Below the pieces are notes generated by a model. It was given only the letters and a program-made list of their open reading frames with translations. It made no database searches and was not told the origin of the DNA. Source: Halocafeteria seosinensis (taxonomy: Eukaryota). From it: DNA of 64,000 bases. The stretch spans positions 62,001-126,000 of the forward strand of contig LVLI01000278.1 of the NCBI GenBank assembly GCA_001687465.1, in the 5' to 3' direction. Made by a program: the position numbers and the translations under genes. Below are positions 11,682 through 24,730 of the stretch, in pieces. Position 1 is the stretch's first letter. Each line of letters begins with the position of its first letter.

Positions 11682-13505
11682 TTACCAGAAGCGGCAATTG
11701 TTACGCAAATCAATACCAGAGAACAAGAATACCAAGCCGTTCGGGAAGCTGAATAATGCAGCGGCTGCGGCGAAGATGTGGAAGAAAAACAGAAGCTTTG
11801 CTCGCACAGGATGAGGCCTGCTGAGTTGCTTCTGGGAGAGATAAATCAAGCGATACTTGTCAACCCAGTACTCGAGGATGTAGGACGCAACTCCAAGTAA
11901 TGGGAGCAAAGGAAAGACAATTGTTCCCAAGTAAATGATGAATTGTCGATACAATACTTCCGTGAACTCATCAGGAAGGTCGAACTCCTGCTTGTTAGCT
12001 TCATCGCCCTGGCCAGATGTTAAGCTGTTCCTCTCATTGTATTTTAGCATGATCCAGGGGATAACCACTTGTATCAGATTTGCCCCCGACATCTCAAATA
12101 TTAACTGCAGCGAAGCAATCAAAACATAGCCACAACAATCACCAATACCGCTAAACAGAACCACAAGAAAGGGGGAGCAACGTACAATCCAAAAAAACTG
12201 CTGCCCCATGGCTGCCAAAGGGCAATCGCAATCAGCCGCTTCATTGGCATCCTCGCAAGTTTGGCCTTCATCAATAACGCTTTGTTCGGTCAAAAACTTT
12301 GTTAAGTATACGCTAAGAACGTTCGCCATTCTCATGAAGAAAACCTTTCCAGTATCATACTCAATATATCTAGTCTTTCTTCGATGTTTTTCTGCAAGGG
12401 CGAGAGTTTGGATTCCCAGGGAAGTAATTAGCTTCGGATACTAAACGTACCATATTTGGTCATGAACTTCGACAAGAACTTCCAGAAGGATTTCATCAAT
12501 GTCACCATTGCACCGAGAATCTGCGCACCCAAGAAGCTGAAATAGCTGAACGCAAATCAGGAAGAGTGGGAATAGCGTACCTGGGCCGCTATTTCACTGT
12601 CTGAGTCTGACAGAGCCGAATGAATTCCGTAGGTGATTAACCCTTGAATAACAACAATTACAAGGAACAACAACAAGCTCACAGAGCGGCGAATACGCCG
12701 TTGACGTTCGGTATAGTTAAGGTTCTCCTCAATAACGTCTTCGTTGGGATCAATATGCCTGAGATTCAAATTCAACAAATGCTTTTGCATACGTAAAGCT
12801 CTCCACCGCGCAAGACCCACGAACAACTTACTCCTCTTCCTTCCATTGCTCGGTGATATATCGCTGGTATCTTTGGTAAATGGGTGCTGCCAAAAATGCA
12901 CCCAGCATTGAGACAGAGATTAAACCATACCATGCAGTTTTGGCTGAATGCGGTGCAGCTCCCAAAAAAAGAAGATCGAGGCCACTATAGGTATCCGTAC
13001 TGAGCCCTTTGGAAGCGGCCACAATGTAAAAGATCAGACCAAACAGTCCGATGGCCAAATTGATCCCCACAAGATAGTTAATGTACTTGAAATACACATA
13101 AACCCCTGCGCCGTACTCTTTCCGAATCAAACTCAACGGACTCCATACGTTGCTTAAGTTGGCATGTTCCAGGGCGGCTTCAAAGTCTTCCCCCTCGAGC
13201 TCCGTATTGTTCCATTGAGCTCCAATTTTGCTCTTCATATACCCGGTACGCGGCTTGTCTACGACATTCTTCTCAGGCTGCGGCGCAGCTGCATGGTCAT
13301 GGTGGTCGGGGTCGTTGGGTCCCTGAGAGCCATTCTTCTCCTCAGTCTGAGGATGCGTAGGCGCCGGCGGATGGATCACTCGCTTGTTATTCGCCTCCTG
13401 TGGTTGGTATGCCCCGTAATGACCCTGCTGGCCTCCTGACGATGATTCTTTCTCATCCTCCTGAGGACCACCTGCGGAAGCAGTACCAGTGGTGTACGTC
13501 GACAT
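11682..13505 (-). CDS. Transmembrane channel-like (TMC) protein, paralog A (~516 aa)
   Basis: Exons 13505-12832, 12758-12581, 12520-12451, 12391-12186 and 12104-11682 are in frame. Motifs YGAGVYVYFKY, MGQQFFW and EFDL..EFTEVLYRQFIIYLG..FPLLP are TMC-like. Confidence 0.85.
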
Positions 13506-13822
13506 CTCCCCCTCTCGACGGTACGATCTCTGTATCAATTATTGGTACTCTGACGAGGTGGATGGAGAGATATGTAGCGAGGAGGACTCAACATATCAAA
13601 CTCTATCTTAACGGTGGAACTGCAGTCTGCAGTCCATTACCGGCAGCTGGCTCGTCAGGGGACACTACTTCACCAACAAGGCATCGGGGGACGGAGACCT
13701 CGCGACGAGCACGCTATGGAATTAGGAATGGAGTGAAATACCAAACAAACCCAAAAGGTTTGCCGCTTTGGTAGGACTGTAGCCAAACAACTACATGATT
13801 TCTTGTAGGTGTTGGTATTAGT

Positions 13823-15660
13823 TCAGTTGACGTCACCCCAGAATAAACACTTCCCTTGAATATCGAAACCAGCAAATAACCATACTGTACCGTTTGGGAA
13901 ACTGAACAACGCCGCCACGGCGACGAAAATGTGCAGTCCAAAAAGGAGACGCGCACGAACAGGACTGGGTTTATTCAATTGTTTCCGGCAAAGATATATC
14001 AAGCGGTACTTGTCAATCCAATATTCGACAATGTACGAGACGACCCCCATCACAGGAATCAGAGGGAAAACCGTTGTCCCAAGATATATAATGAATTGCC
14101 GATAAAGGACTTCGGTAAACTCTTCTGTTAAATCAAATTCACTTTTCAAGTGCTCATCACCATAGCCCGAATGGAGAGCACCCCGCTGCTTGTACTTCAA
14201 ATATACCCACGGCCAAACTACCTGAACAAGATTCCCAACTGAAAGTTCAAAGATTAACTGCAGGTGAGGCGCAGAATACCGATTAGATACACGTAGAATG
14301 GTCAAGAAGTACATCAGTGTTGTCGCCTTACAATCCAGAAAAACTGCTGACCCATAGATGCTAGGGGGCATTCGCAATCAGCAGTCCTCCCCGCCTCTGC
14401 GCAGGTTTCATCGGAATCTGTGACACTACCCTCAGTTAAGAACTTTGTTAAATACACCCCAAGAACGTTAGCAATCCTCATAAAAAACACTTTGGCCGTG
14501 TCCCATTCGATGTACGTCCGTCTCCGTTGATGCGCTTCTGTACAAGGAGGCATTTCAAAGTGGTGCTAAAACAGCAACAACGCCTTCCAATACCACCACT
14601 GACCTAATCGAGTCATAAATTTCGATAAGAATTTCCAGAGTGTTTTCATGGAGGATACTAAAGCACCCAACACCTGTGTACCGCAGAAAACGCATCCATA
14701 TATCAGCAAGCATCATACATTTAGTATAGTACGAGAGGCACCTACCAAAGCAGCGATTTCACTTTCATCGTCAAAAGCGATATGGATCCCATACGTGATG
14801 AACCCTTGTACAACGATAATTACGAAGAAGATAGAAATACTCCCAATTCTTCTATTTCTCCTTTCTCTTTCTGTATAGTTGAGATTTTCCTCAATCATGT
14901 CGTATTCATTCGGATCATTCCTTTCATCCTCTTCTCTGCACATTCATTGCACGGTACAACCGTAACACAGACTGACATTGGAGCGTGAAAAATCGACGTT
15001 CACGTACTGCTCTTTCTCCAATCGGTTAGTGATGTACGATTGATACCTTGAATAAATAGGTGCAGCGAGGAAAGCTCCCAGCATTGACACCGAAATCATG
15101 CCGTACCATTTCGTCTTGACGTCATTCGAGAATGCTCCCAACATCAACAGGTTGAGCCCACTATACTGTTCTGTTCTCAACCCTTCATTCGCGGCAATAA
15201 TGAAGAAAATGAAGGAGAAGAGGCCAATAGCACTATTGATTCCGACCAGGTAAATGAGATATTTGAAGTACACATAAATTCCACTGCCGTATTCCTCCTT
15301 GATCATATCTAACGGGCTTGACAAGGTACTCAAGTTTGTATGTTCCAAGGCTGCCATTTTGTCTTCCCCTTCAATTTGACTGAGCCTTACACTCCATTGC
15401 GCTCCAATTTTCTGTCTCTGAGCCTGTTTCCGGGCATCTTCGCCGTTGCCATTCTCTGCATCATGCCCATCAGTCGCTTGAGGTTTGGGGCGACTCATGG
15501 GGTTTTCCGTGGACGGATCATTCGGCCCATTTTGATTGCCATTTTGGGCATTTCTTGAGGGCTGGTTTGGACCCTGGTTGCCGGAAGAGGAAAACATTGT
15601 ATTTGTGGATGACTCGTAGTTCTGTTGGCCGTGGGAATCCTCGGGCGAGATGCGATTCAT
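13823..15660 (-). CDS. Transmembrane channel-like (TMC) protein, paralog B
   Basis: Tandem paralog of 11682-13505 with the same motifs (YGSGIYVYFKY, MGQQFFW, EFDLTEEFTEVLYRQ) and matching intron positions. A probable 5'UTR intron (15840-15661) ends just before the ATG. Confidence 0.85.
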
Positions 15661-16270
15661 CTAGTACACAATGAAGTGAACTCCACTCTGCAATCAGTTA
15701 ACGACGAGGTGGATACAGTGGCGACTCAAACAAGACCAAAAATTATCTGTTTCGGTCCCAAAATGGTGCTATTTCCTCAATAGAACAGGAAATCGTGTCA
15801 AACTTGAGCACCTCCACTGTTCATTCCCCCATGCACTTACTTGATCCCTTCCTTCTCAAACTCCAGTATGACACTCATCGGGAACTTCTCCCCGTACTGA
15901 TCCACCAAAAAATTACACCAAAGATCACCGAACAGCGCTTGTAGAGCCTCCGGAAGCCGACTACACACACTCGCTTCAACGAAGTCCGGGCTTTGACCCG
16001 GGCTTCAAAGGTGCGGAATCGGGGGTAACTCTGCTACAAAGTGGTATAGACGCTACAGAGGAAATCCTCTGAGGAATGGAAAAGGTTGTGATAGTCCATA
16101 TAGGGGCCAGAAATACCGGTTTTTTACGGTCTCTGAGGGCGGAATTGTACGGTTTTGGCGAGACATGGAAACTGAGTATCAGAACTAAAGATTGTTATAC
16201 ATGTAGTTGTGCACGCAAGCAACGCCTGTAGTCCCTTGATTTGAAGCGAATACTCTCTATTCACTTAAGA

Positions 16271-18418
16271 ATGAGTAGCGCAAGAGCGAGTGGTCCATCG
16301 AAATCTCGGGGAAGTGGAGGAGGGTTCTTGGCTTCGGGGCGCCAAGGACTCGTTAGCTTCCCTCCCACCAGCGATGGTGGTGGCGCTAGCGCGGCTTCCT
16401 CTTCCTCTATTATAAGTCCACAGACAGGTGCTGAGGCCCATGGAGACGATAATCATGCTCATGGCCACACGCATGACCACTCGTCTCCTGGTAATGGAGG
16501 CAACGGGTTCAATGGTGAGTACCGCGAGGTGGAAGACAGCGTTATTTCGGTGTTTTCTTATTATTGTATGTTTTACAGCCACAGGAAGCCATTCCCACTC
16601 CCACGGACATGGTCATAGCCATGGTGGCCACTCACACAACAGTGCACCTTCTCCCTCGCGAACTTATAAATCAAGTGAAGAGGTGGACAGCGCAACCTTA
16701 GGTTTCGCCTCTAGTGCTTGCGTCCCGTGGGAGCGATATAGACACGCTAGCACGACACTACAGATGTTAAAGTTGATATGGTCCGACGCTAGGTGAGTGG
16801 TAATGTAAAAATCTAGTCGATCACGTTCGTACTGACTCTTGGGTGAACTAGTCGTCCCAGGCAAGAGAGAACTACCAGAATGCTTTCTTATTACATTCTA
16901 CTACTCGTCGTTTTCAACCTACTGGAGTTATTGTACGGATGGAAAAGCGGGTCTCTAGCGCTGACTACGGGTGCTGCTCATGGTGTTTTCCACGTGTTTG
17001 CTCTCTGCTCGAGTTTAATGATAATGCTATTTGCTCGTGCGTCTCCTACGCTGGAGTACACTTACGGATATGAACGGTTTGAAGTTTTGGCCGCTTTCAG
17101 CAATACTCTCTTAGCCATTTTCGTGAGTGTCAGCTGTTCTGATTTTCTATACGACGTTGTTCATTCTAATCTTTGCTGTTGCAGATGTCCCTGTACCTAA
17201 TGTTTCATTCGTTGCACCACATTGCCCATCCATCAGAGGAGCTTACGGATATGTTTGTTTTAGAATTTGGAATACTGAGGCTGTTTTTCAATCTCATTGG
17301 TGCAGTTTTATTCCGTCCTATATACCACGAGTCTGCGGGAAGAGACGTCGAAAGCGGCAAAAAGCCACACTTCGCGAACGCGACAGGGTCAATCGATGGA
17401 GCAGCTTATGGTCACTCTGGACGAGCTGCTGTTTTCGGTAATGGCGAAGGAGGCTTTGGTTTTGGTAAAAATAGCAAGGACCAACGGTTCGGACGTTGCT
17501 ACCAGGTGATTAACTCGCTTTGTGAGTTGCTAGGAGATATGCGAACAGTTGTACTAGGAAGGTATCATCAGGGCTGCTTTCCTATTCCTTTCTTCATGTC
17601 TGCAACGAATCGCTCGTCATCAATAACCCAATCAGCAGCTGGTTGCGCCAATAAGATGGCGCTAAATGTCTTTAGAAGTTGTCGGGGGACTGGAATTTCT
17701 TGGGAAGATATAATTGACGGTAGCAATGTGGCTAAATACCCAATGGCTAGAGGGGATGAAGACCAGATCGATGCATCAGTAGGAAAGAGAAAACAGAGAC
17801 AGAAAGTAACCCATTCCTTGCATGTGAATGCAGTATACGTACATTTGGTTGCCGATACGTTGACCTCGTTGGCTCTGAGTATCAGTGGGATTGTTTTACG
17901 AATAAATAGTTTTTTGATTATCGACAGCATTCAGGGAATCCTGATCTGCCTCTTTACTATGTATCTGTAAGTCGAAATTGCCATCGATGCCTCTGACGAA
18001 AGCATTAGACTCTTGTATTTTGCAGTGCAATTCCCCTGTTTGTGGCGACTTCAAAAATTTTGCTACAATGCGTACCCCCTCATTTGCATCAGAAAACCAA
18101 CCGAATACATCGGGAGATACTGGCAGTAGACGGGATTCTAGACATACTTGGTAAGGGGTTGATTCCAACGTTTGCTATCCTAGGAGACGAATAGTGTTGA
18201 CCAAATGCTCTATGTGCGCAGAATCGCATTACTGGAGCTTATCTCCGGGATGCACAGTTGGGACAATGCGTGTTCTCATCCAAGGAAATGTAGACGCTGA
18301 TGTCGCTCAGAAGCGTGTTTGTGAGATCCTCCGCCCCTACCTATGGTTCTTGACGGTAGAGGTCGAACGGGATACTGCCACCGACTGGTTAAAGGATGCT
18401 GCTCTTCCTGTAAAGTAG
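16271..18418 (+). CDS. Cation diffusion facilitator (ZnT5/6/7 or MTP5-like zinc transporter)
   Basis: His-rich N-terminus, TYGYERFEVLAAFSN, NAVYVHLVADTL, KILLQ, and a C-terminal HYWSLSPG...GTMRV dimerisation domain. Multiple short introns. Confidence 0.88.
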
Positions 18419-18769
18419 CCCCTATCCTCAACATAAACAAAGTGAATGAACACGACTATGCTTGCTCCCAGTATCAGCCGTGGGTCCACCTCTAGGTGCC
18501 GCTCTAGCCCGCGTTCAACTGAACTCGTCATCTTCGCGGACGTTGAAGTGTTGCTGGAAACAACCCATCCGTCGAACAACGTGCCAGACGGTAGTCGGTG
18601 TAGCTGTGGGTACTTCTATGAGGGACCATGAGATTGATATCGGCAAAATGTGTCGCGTGGTAGCGCATAGAAAAGTAGAATGAGTATGCTTGCTATTGTA
18701 GGTTAGCGATCACTGATTCAAGTTGCTCCACAAGGACTACCCAAAGCTACTTCTCGTGGGAGTTCACAT

Positions 18770-21366
18770 ATGTTGAAGAAAGCCGGCGAGCAGTGTAACA
18801 GAGCTTCACCACGATTTTTGAGAAGGATCACTTGCCTCCTCCAGTCGGCACAAAAAAGCCACCAGCTGCCATGGAGGAGTGGTGTTTGGCGAAAACTCTA
18901 TGATGGGAGAACCTCTACCCTGTACCCGGAACCAACGTGGAAGTTCGTCGGAAGTTCTACAAGTCGAAGGTTTTCTGCCCAGCATGAGTTCGTTCAGAGG
19001 GTCTACAACACGACTAAACTTCGGTATAGTACAGATGCAAGAGAATGTGGAAATGCCGAACTCGAGTCGGGAAGTAGGGTCAGCTTTGAAAGGAACCAGT
19101 GCAAAGTGGAGACCGCGAAGGCAAATCGGCGAGGCGACGATTCTCGTCTGATCTCCGTGCTTTCTGGTGGAACTACGGTGCAAGGAACACTCGATGTGGC
19201 AGCAAAAACGCTCAAAGACAGTCAAAATTTGTACCACGGTCCTCATTATCGACTGAACAGCTTCGCCGTTTTTCAGTATGTGGTAAAAGGCGAGCAAGGC
19301 AACAACATCGAAGGTGAAGCGGAACTCTCCCATGGAGATTTTGAAGCGTACTTCAACACTCCACTGTTAGGAGTTTGTGTGAAGCATCTTAGAGGAGCTA
19401 GCGCACCTGCTCGGGATTTCCCTGTGCAAGGGAAACTAACCTTCGTAACTTTGCCAAATGATGTAACGGTAGAACCGTTCACCAGTCTCATTTGCGAACT
19501 TCCGCCGTTGCGAAACTACGGCCAACTGTTGAATCAATCGCAGTTAGACAGGCAGACTCGCCAATGTCCCTTAACTTTTTGGCTGTTTTCAAACTATGAC
19601 ATAGTTCCCAGCGAGGTAAGCCTCACGATTTTTTGTGTTAACATGGTTCGATTCAAAGCCGCACCAACGAAGTAACCCCTAACCTCTTGTTTGCAGTTAC
19701 ATGCGTACATGGATCGCATAGAGAAGATTTTTCCTAATACATACGTTGCTGGGAACATCTCACACAAGCCAAAGGCCGCCACAATTGCCAAGTCCCTTGG
19801 TCGCACTTCCAGAGGCAAGGGCACAATCAGTCCGTTGCGCGTTGACAAATGTGACGTTGTCGGTATCGCGGTTCAGGGAGATTTGGACAATGCATTTTAC
19901 TTAAAATTAACCAGGTATGTGACATTCGCTTTACTCACCGGACTTGACAATTTCCCACCCTCTCGCGGATCCAATCGGCAGGTCGATCTATGGCGACTCT
20001 AGCGACAAAGTGTACATGGGGAAAAACTTAGAGAATGATTTACATCATTCCTTACATAAATACGTAGGCTGTGCCATCCAATCTACCCCGTCGGTTGTTG
20101 AACGGTGGTGGCCCCACTCCTCAGCGGTGCGTTTCGAAGGGAACCAATCCTCTAAGTACAAGCCTAATCCGTTTGTTTCGGAGAAGCTCGCGAGCATGTA
20201 CGAACAATTTGACATTAGCAACACCTCGAAGCCTCCTCGAGAAGTTCCAGAGAAGCTTCGTGTGGACCAGCTTCTCGCTGCAAACACCTGCTTTGATACT
20301 ATGAATATGTTTTCTTTCAACCCGACATCGAGTGGGAACATGCACTACATAGTCCCTGGGGAAAGGGTGATCTTTCGGATGAAGGACCCGAGGTAAGATC
20401 CTTAAGCCTCTATGAGGAATGCGTCTAAGAGCTCAAATGTATGCGCATGCTTGTGTTTGTAATTGCAGAACGAAGTACATGTTATATCGCTATTTCGAAA
20501 ATGGCGAGCCTATAGTAGTTTCACCTACTGCCGAAGACACTCACTCCGCTTCCTTTGGAGAAGTGCTACCCCGAAGTAGTTCCTCACAAGCGAGGTTAAT
20601 GGAGCATCGCGAGAAAGAAAGAACGTTCCAAGCTGAACCAGAACCGAATACTACCAGCGCAAAGTGGGGCAAAGATTTTCCCGAGCTCCAGCGCGCCCTG
20701 GTAGATGCGCAGCTAGCTCTCCGAGATCTAGACGATTTTGCGTCAATAGACAGGGAAACTGATACTTCCGGACTCCCTGCTTGGTCTGCTGTCGGAACGC
20801 TGGCAGTAGTGCGTACTCTTTTTAACAGAGAAAGCGATGGCAGGTACGTGCCACATACACGAATCGTTTTGCTCCGCACGTTATGCCGACTACTGAGACA
20901 TTCTTGCAGCATGATGGTTGAGCTAGAAGGAGTGAGACGCGTCTACTTGAATGAGGTATGGACGGTCGAAGGCGGATTTGGCTTACAGCAAGCAAGCGGG
21001 AAATGGTATGATGACATCTTCCCTGAACAAAGTGCCGAAGAGATAGTAGATATGTTGAAGCGCTTGGAAGAGGCTACTGAATGTCCATACACAACTGCTC
21101 AGTCGGACCTGAGGCGTTGGGCATCTCACCCGAACCGATTGTTTCAACGCACACTCACAATCAACACACACACAAGCAGTGTATCCGCAGAAGCACTAAG
21201 TTGGTGGCTAGCGGAGATTCTTCCTGTGGCTCCTCGCACGAAGTTGCAATACCTACGTCTTCGGTCTTCGCGTCATCGGCTTGCGCTGCAGCTCAGCGAA
21301 ATATTGAAGAGAGCATATAAACAGGAAGTTTCGGGGCGTGACTCGGATCCTATTAGGAGCGCTTAA
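18770..21366 (+). CDS. Multi-exon protein with a C-terminal Lon-N (LON substrate-binding)-like domain and a possible FIST-like middle region; 5' end uncertain
   Basis: ORF segments are linked by GT-AG introns. PGERVIFRMKDPR|TKYML and EALSWWLAEILPV..RTKLQYLRLRS..HRL resemble the two ends of the Lon N-terminal domain. Confidence 0.6.
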
Positions 21367-21448
21367 TGTAACAGTATCGCGTTCTTCTTCCACATCAACA
21401 CATCATTTGAATGCACAGCTTCTACTGTCACTTTGCTGACACATCGAG

Positions 21449-22912
21449 CTAACTACCGCCATTCTGCTCGTTCAATGTACGTAACCTTGCTTTGGCTTCG
21501 GCCTCCTGTAGTTCAGTTGCAGAGATCTCCCCTGTAGCCACTTTCTTGGCCACGTCGTAGTCTTCTGGGCCCACATCATACGCTTCATTGCAAAACTGGC
21601 AGGTCAAGTTAGCTGTTGGTTGCTCAGCCTGGACACAGACCACTTGTCATTCTTCGGTGAAAACGCATTCTACCATGAGTTCGTCATACCTGCATGTTAT
21701 TTAGTTCCTCTGTACCAAATGACGCTAGGTGCGTTAAAAACCTGGACTTGCTACAACGGCAGAAGAAGTCCAACGGTATCTTGGTGAACACGGCGGAATC
21801 CGTCACGTCTGCAACGACCTAAACGTGGAAGCAAACTACCAGTATATATCTTATCATTCTGTTCCTACCTTTATCTGCCAAACCACTGCTCAAATCCTTG
21901 GCAATATCCCAGAGCTGCATGCCATCTTCATGGCAAGTTCTCATCGAGAGAGTTCGTAGCCTATTTTGAATTTCTTCGAGCTCCTGCGGCCGAGGTTAAC
22001 TTAATCATTTATTATGTACACGACGACACAGCTAATATCATACACTTTGTTCACCACCCGGAAGCAACTGTGCAAGTATCCCTCCACTGTATTTTACCGA
22101 GAGTGGGTCACCTTCAATAGCCTCTTCCACGTGTAGACATCTGGCAACGCATGTATCTCCGGCTATCCTTCAATCTAGGTAACAGAATAAAAATATTAGT
22201 GCTTACGAAGGAATTTGTTCACTTTGTCGGAAGTATTCGCGAAGATCAGAGATAACATCACCTTGCTGCATCAAACTTGAATCGGAGTACTTGCCCTCGG
22301 GCCTTCTCTAGCTGGTTCCGGAAACTCGACTTACTTGTAGAGGTGTAATGCTCGTGATTGGCTTTGCGTGGTTGTATAGAATTTTTCGCACTTTTAGGTA
22401 GCCACTCGTCTTAACTGCGGTCTTCAGCGTGCCATTGAATCCAGGTAAACGTTCTGATTGTTCCACTTGATTCCCGTGGATGAACCCTCGCATTTCACCG
22501 ATGTGCAGAGACTCCGTCATAATCTGAGACACAGGATAAGGCATGTCATTGTCATTTTGTTGAGGCCTGCATCAAATTTGTATTGAAAAGCGTAAACATG
22601 CTACTTTTCTTCCAGTCGGTTTATAATCGAGCTCGTCACTTACGTGAATTCCAAGCTGATCCTCTCTTCCCCTTTCAACATTGAAGACATCAGCGAAGAA
22701 GCCGTCAGTCCTCGGGCATACAGCCCAGCGGCTTCTCGGTTTTTGACGTTGAACCTATCGATGCCTTTCTGCACAGTTAATGGACAGCGCACTAAACTCA
22801 AGCGAATATTGTCGGTATAGCAGCGCAACACCTGATCTTTGGCTAGTTGTCTCCGTGCGTACATCGCCGCCACACGGGAAGAAGAGAAGGCGGAAGTGGA
22901 TGGGGCGGCCAT
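21449..22912 (-). CDS. Hsp33-family redox chaperone, probably mitochondrion-targeted
   Basis: Spliced segments LTASSLMSSMLKGEE, GEMRGF, YFRQSEQIP, GGILAQLLPG, FFCRCSKSR and LTCQFCNEAY. The N-terminus is Ser/Arg/Ala-rich. Confidence 0.88.
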
Positions 22913-23533
22913 TTTCACACTGTTCCCCTACTAGACTACTTGTACGATACAACGCAGGGCTGATTTCCCTCTATAACTATCTAATGCATGCCTTTGGTGT
23001 CAGCGACTGTTTGTGAAGGTCCTTTTTTGCACTTCGTCCTCCAAGAGCTTCGATCGTAGCTGACTGATCCATGCATAAATGGGACTGCATGATGTTGTAG
23101 GATGCCGTAATACACTGAGAACTACGGACTTATCTCCCTGATCCTGGTGTTAGGCGTCGCTAATAGGCGACCATTTTGCATTCAGGAAGTTGAAGTTACG
23201 CTGAAAGGATTGTTTGTCGTGTCTGCAAAATCGACGTTTTTGTTTAGGTTTGTGATCCTTGTTGAACCCATGTTATCATACATTGTATCGAAGTGTATGA
23301 GTTGTGAGAACACGCTATACACATTTTTAACGTTCCCCCTCTAATCGGTTAACGACTGCGCTCATTTTGAGCTCTATTCACATCGATATTAAGGTCGATA
23401 TATAATCTTCATTCACATTAACGTGTTGAACAGTATAAAGTACGTATACTCAATCTTACATTTTTCGAAAAAATGTCATTATATCATGTTTTGAGGGGGT
23501 CGACGCTGGAAGAGTTTTCGTTCCACTTCATGA

Positions 23534-24197
<664 letters not shown>

Positions 24198-24730
24198 TTG
24201 CCGTTATGAAGATCAGTTAATAATTAAAGAAGTAAAGAAAATAATCCTTCCCAAGGCTGACAGGCGAGGCTTACGCCTGAGACATACCAGATGACAAGGT
24301 GTCATTTGACGTCCATTCCCGTTTCCAAAATTTGGGACTATGGTAGGCCAATAGTTTGGAAACAACAAATACAGAACATACCCTGCAAAACTGTTTATAA
24401 CAACCAGAATTTATGGCCCATAAAGTATCCAATTGTCACACAGTGTTGATGCGCTTCACAAGCTAAGCTATGGTTATCTAAGAGTCCATTGTAGCGATTC
24501 CCTGTGCTTTGTTGTCTCAGCTAGCAATGTCTATAGAGTCGCTGTTAACTTAAAAAGAGTAGGATATGCTCAGTAAGCTCTGGGCCAGAGCAGGGCGAAA
24601 TCCATTCCGCGTGAGCTCACCTGTCATTATACTCTTTCTATGCTGTAAATACACGTTTTTCTGGATTTGGTGGAGGCGAAGACAACGAAAGAAACAGGGC
24701 GTTCATCATTCAAAAGACGAGGAATAAGTC

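Noticed and set aside
15981..16072. Two hairpins (gaagtccggg/cccgggcttc and cagagga/tcctctg) between divergent genes
   Set aside because: Only two stems with no family motif. They lie in a probable promoter or 5'UTR region and are insufficient for an RNA call.
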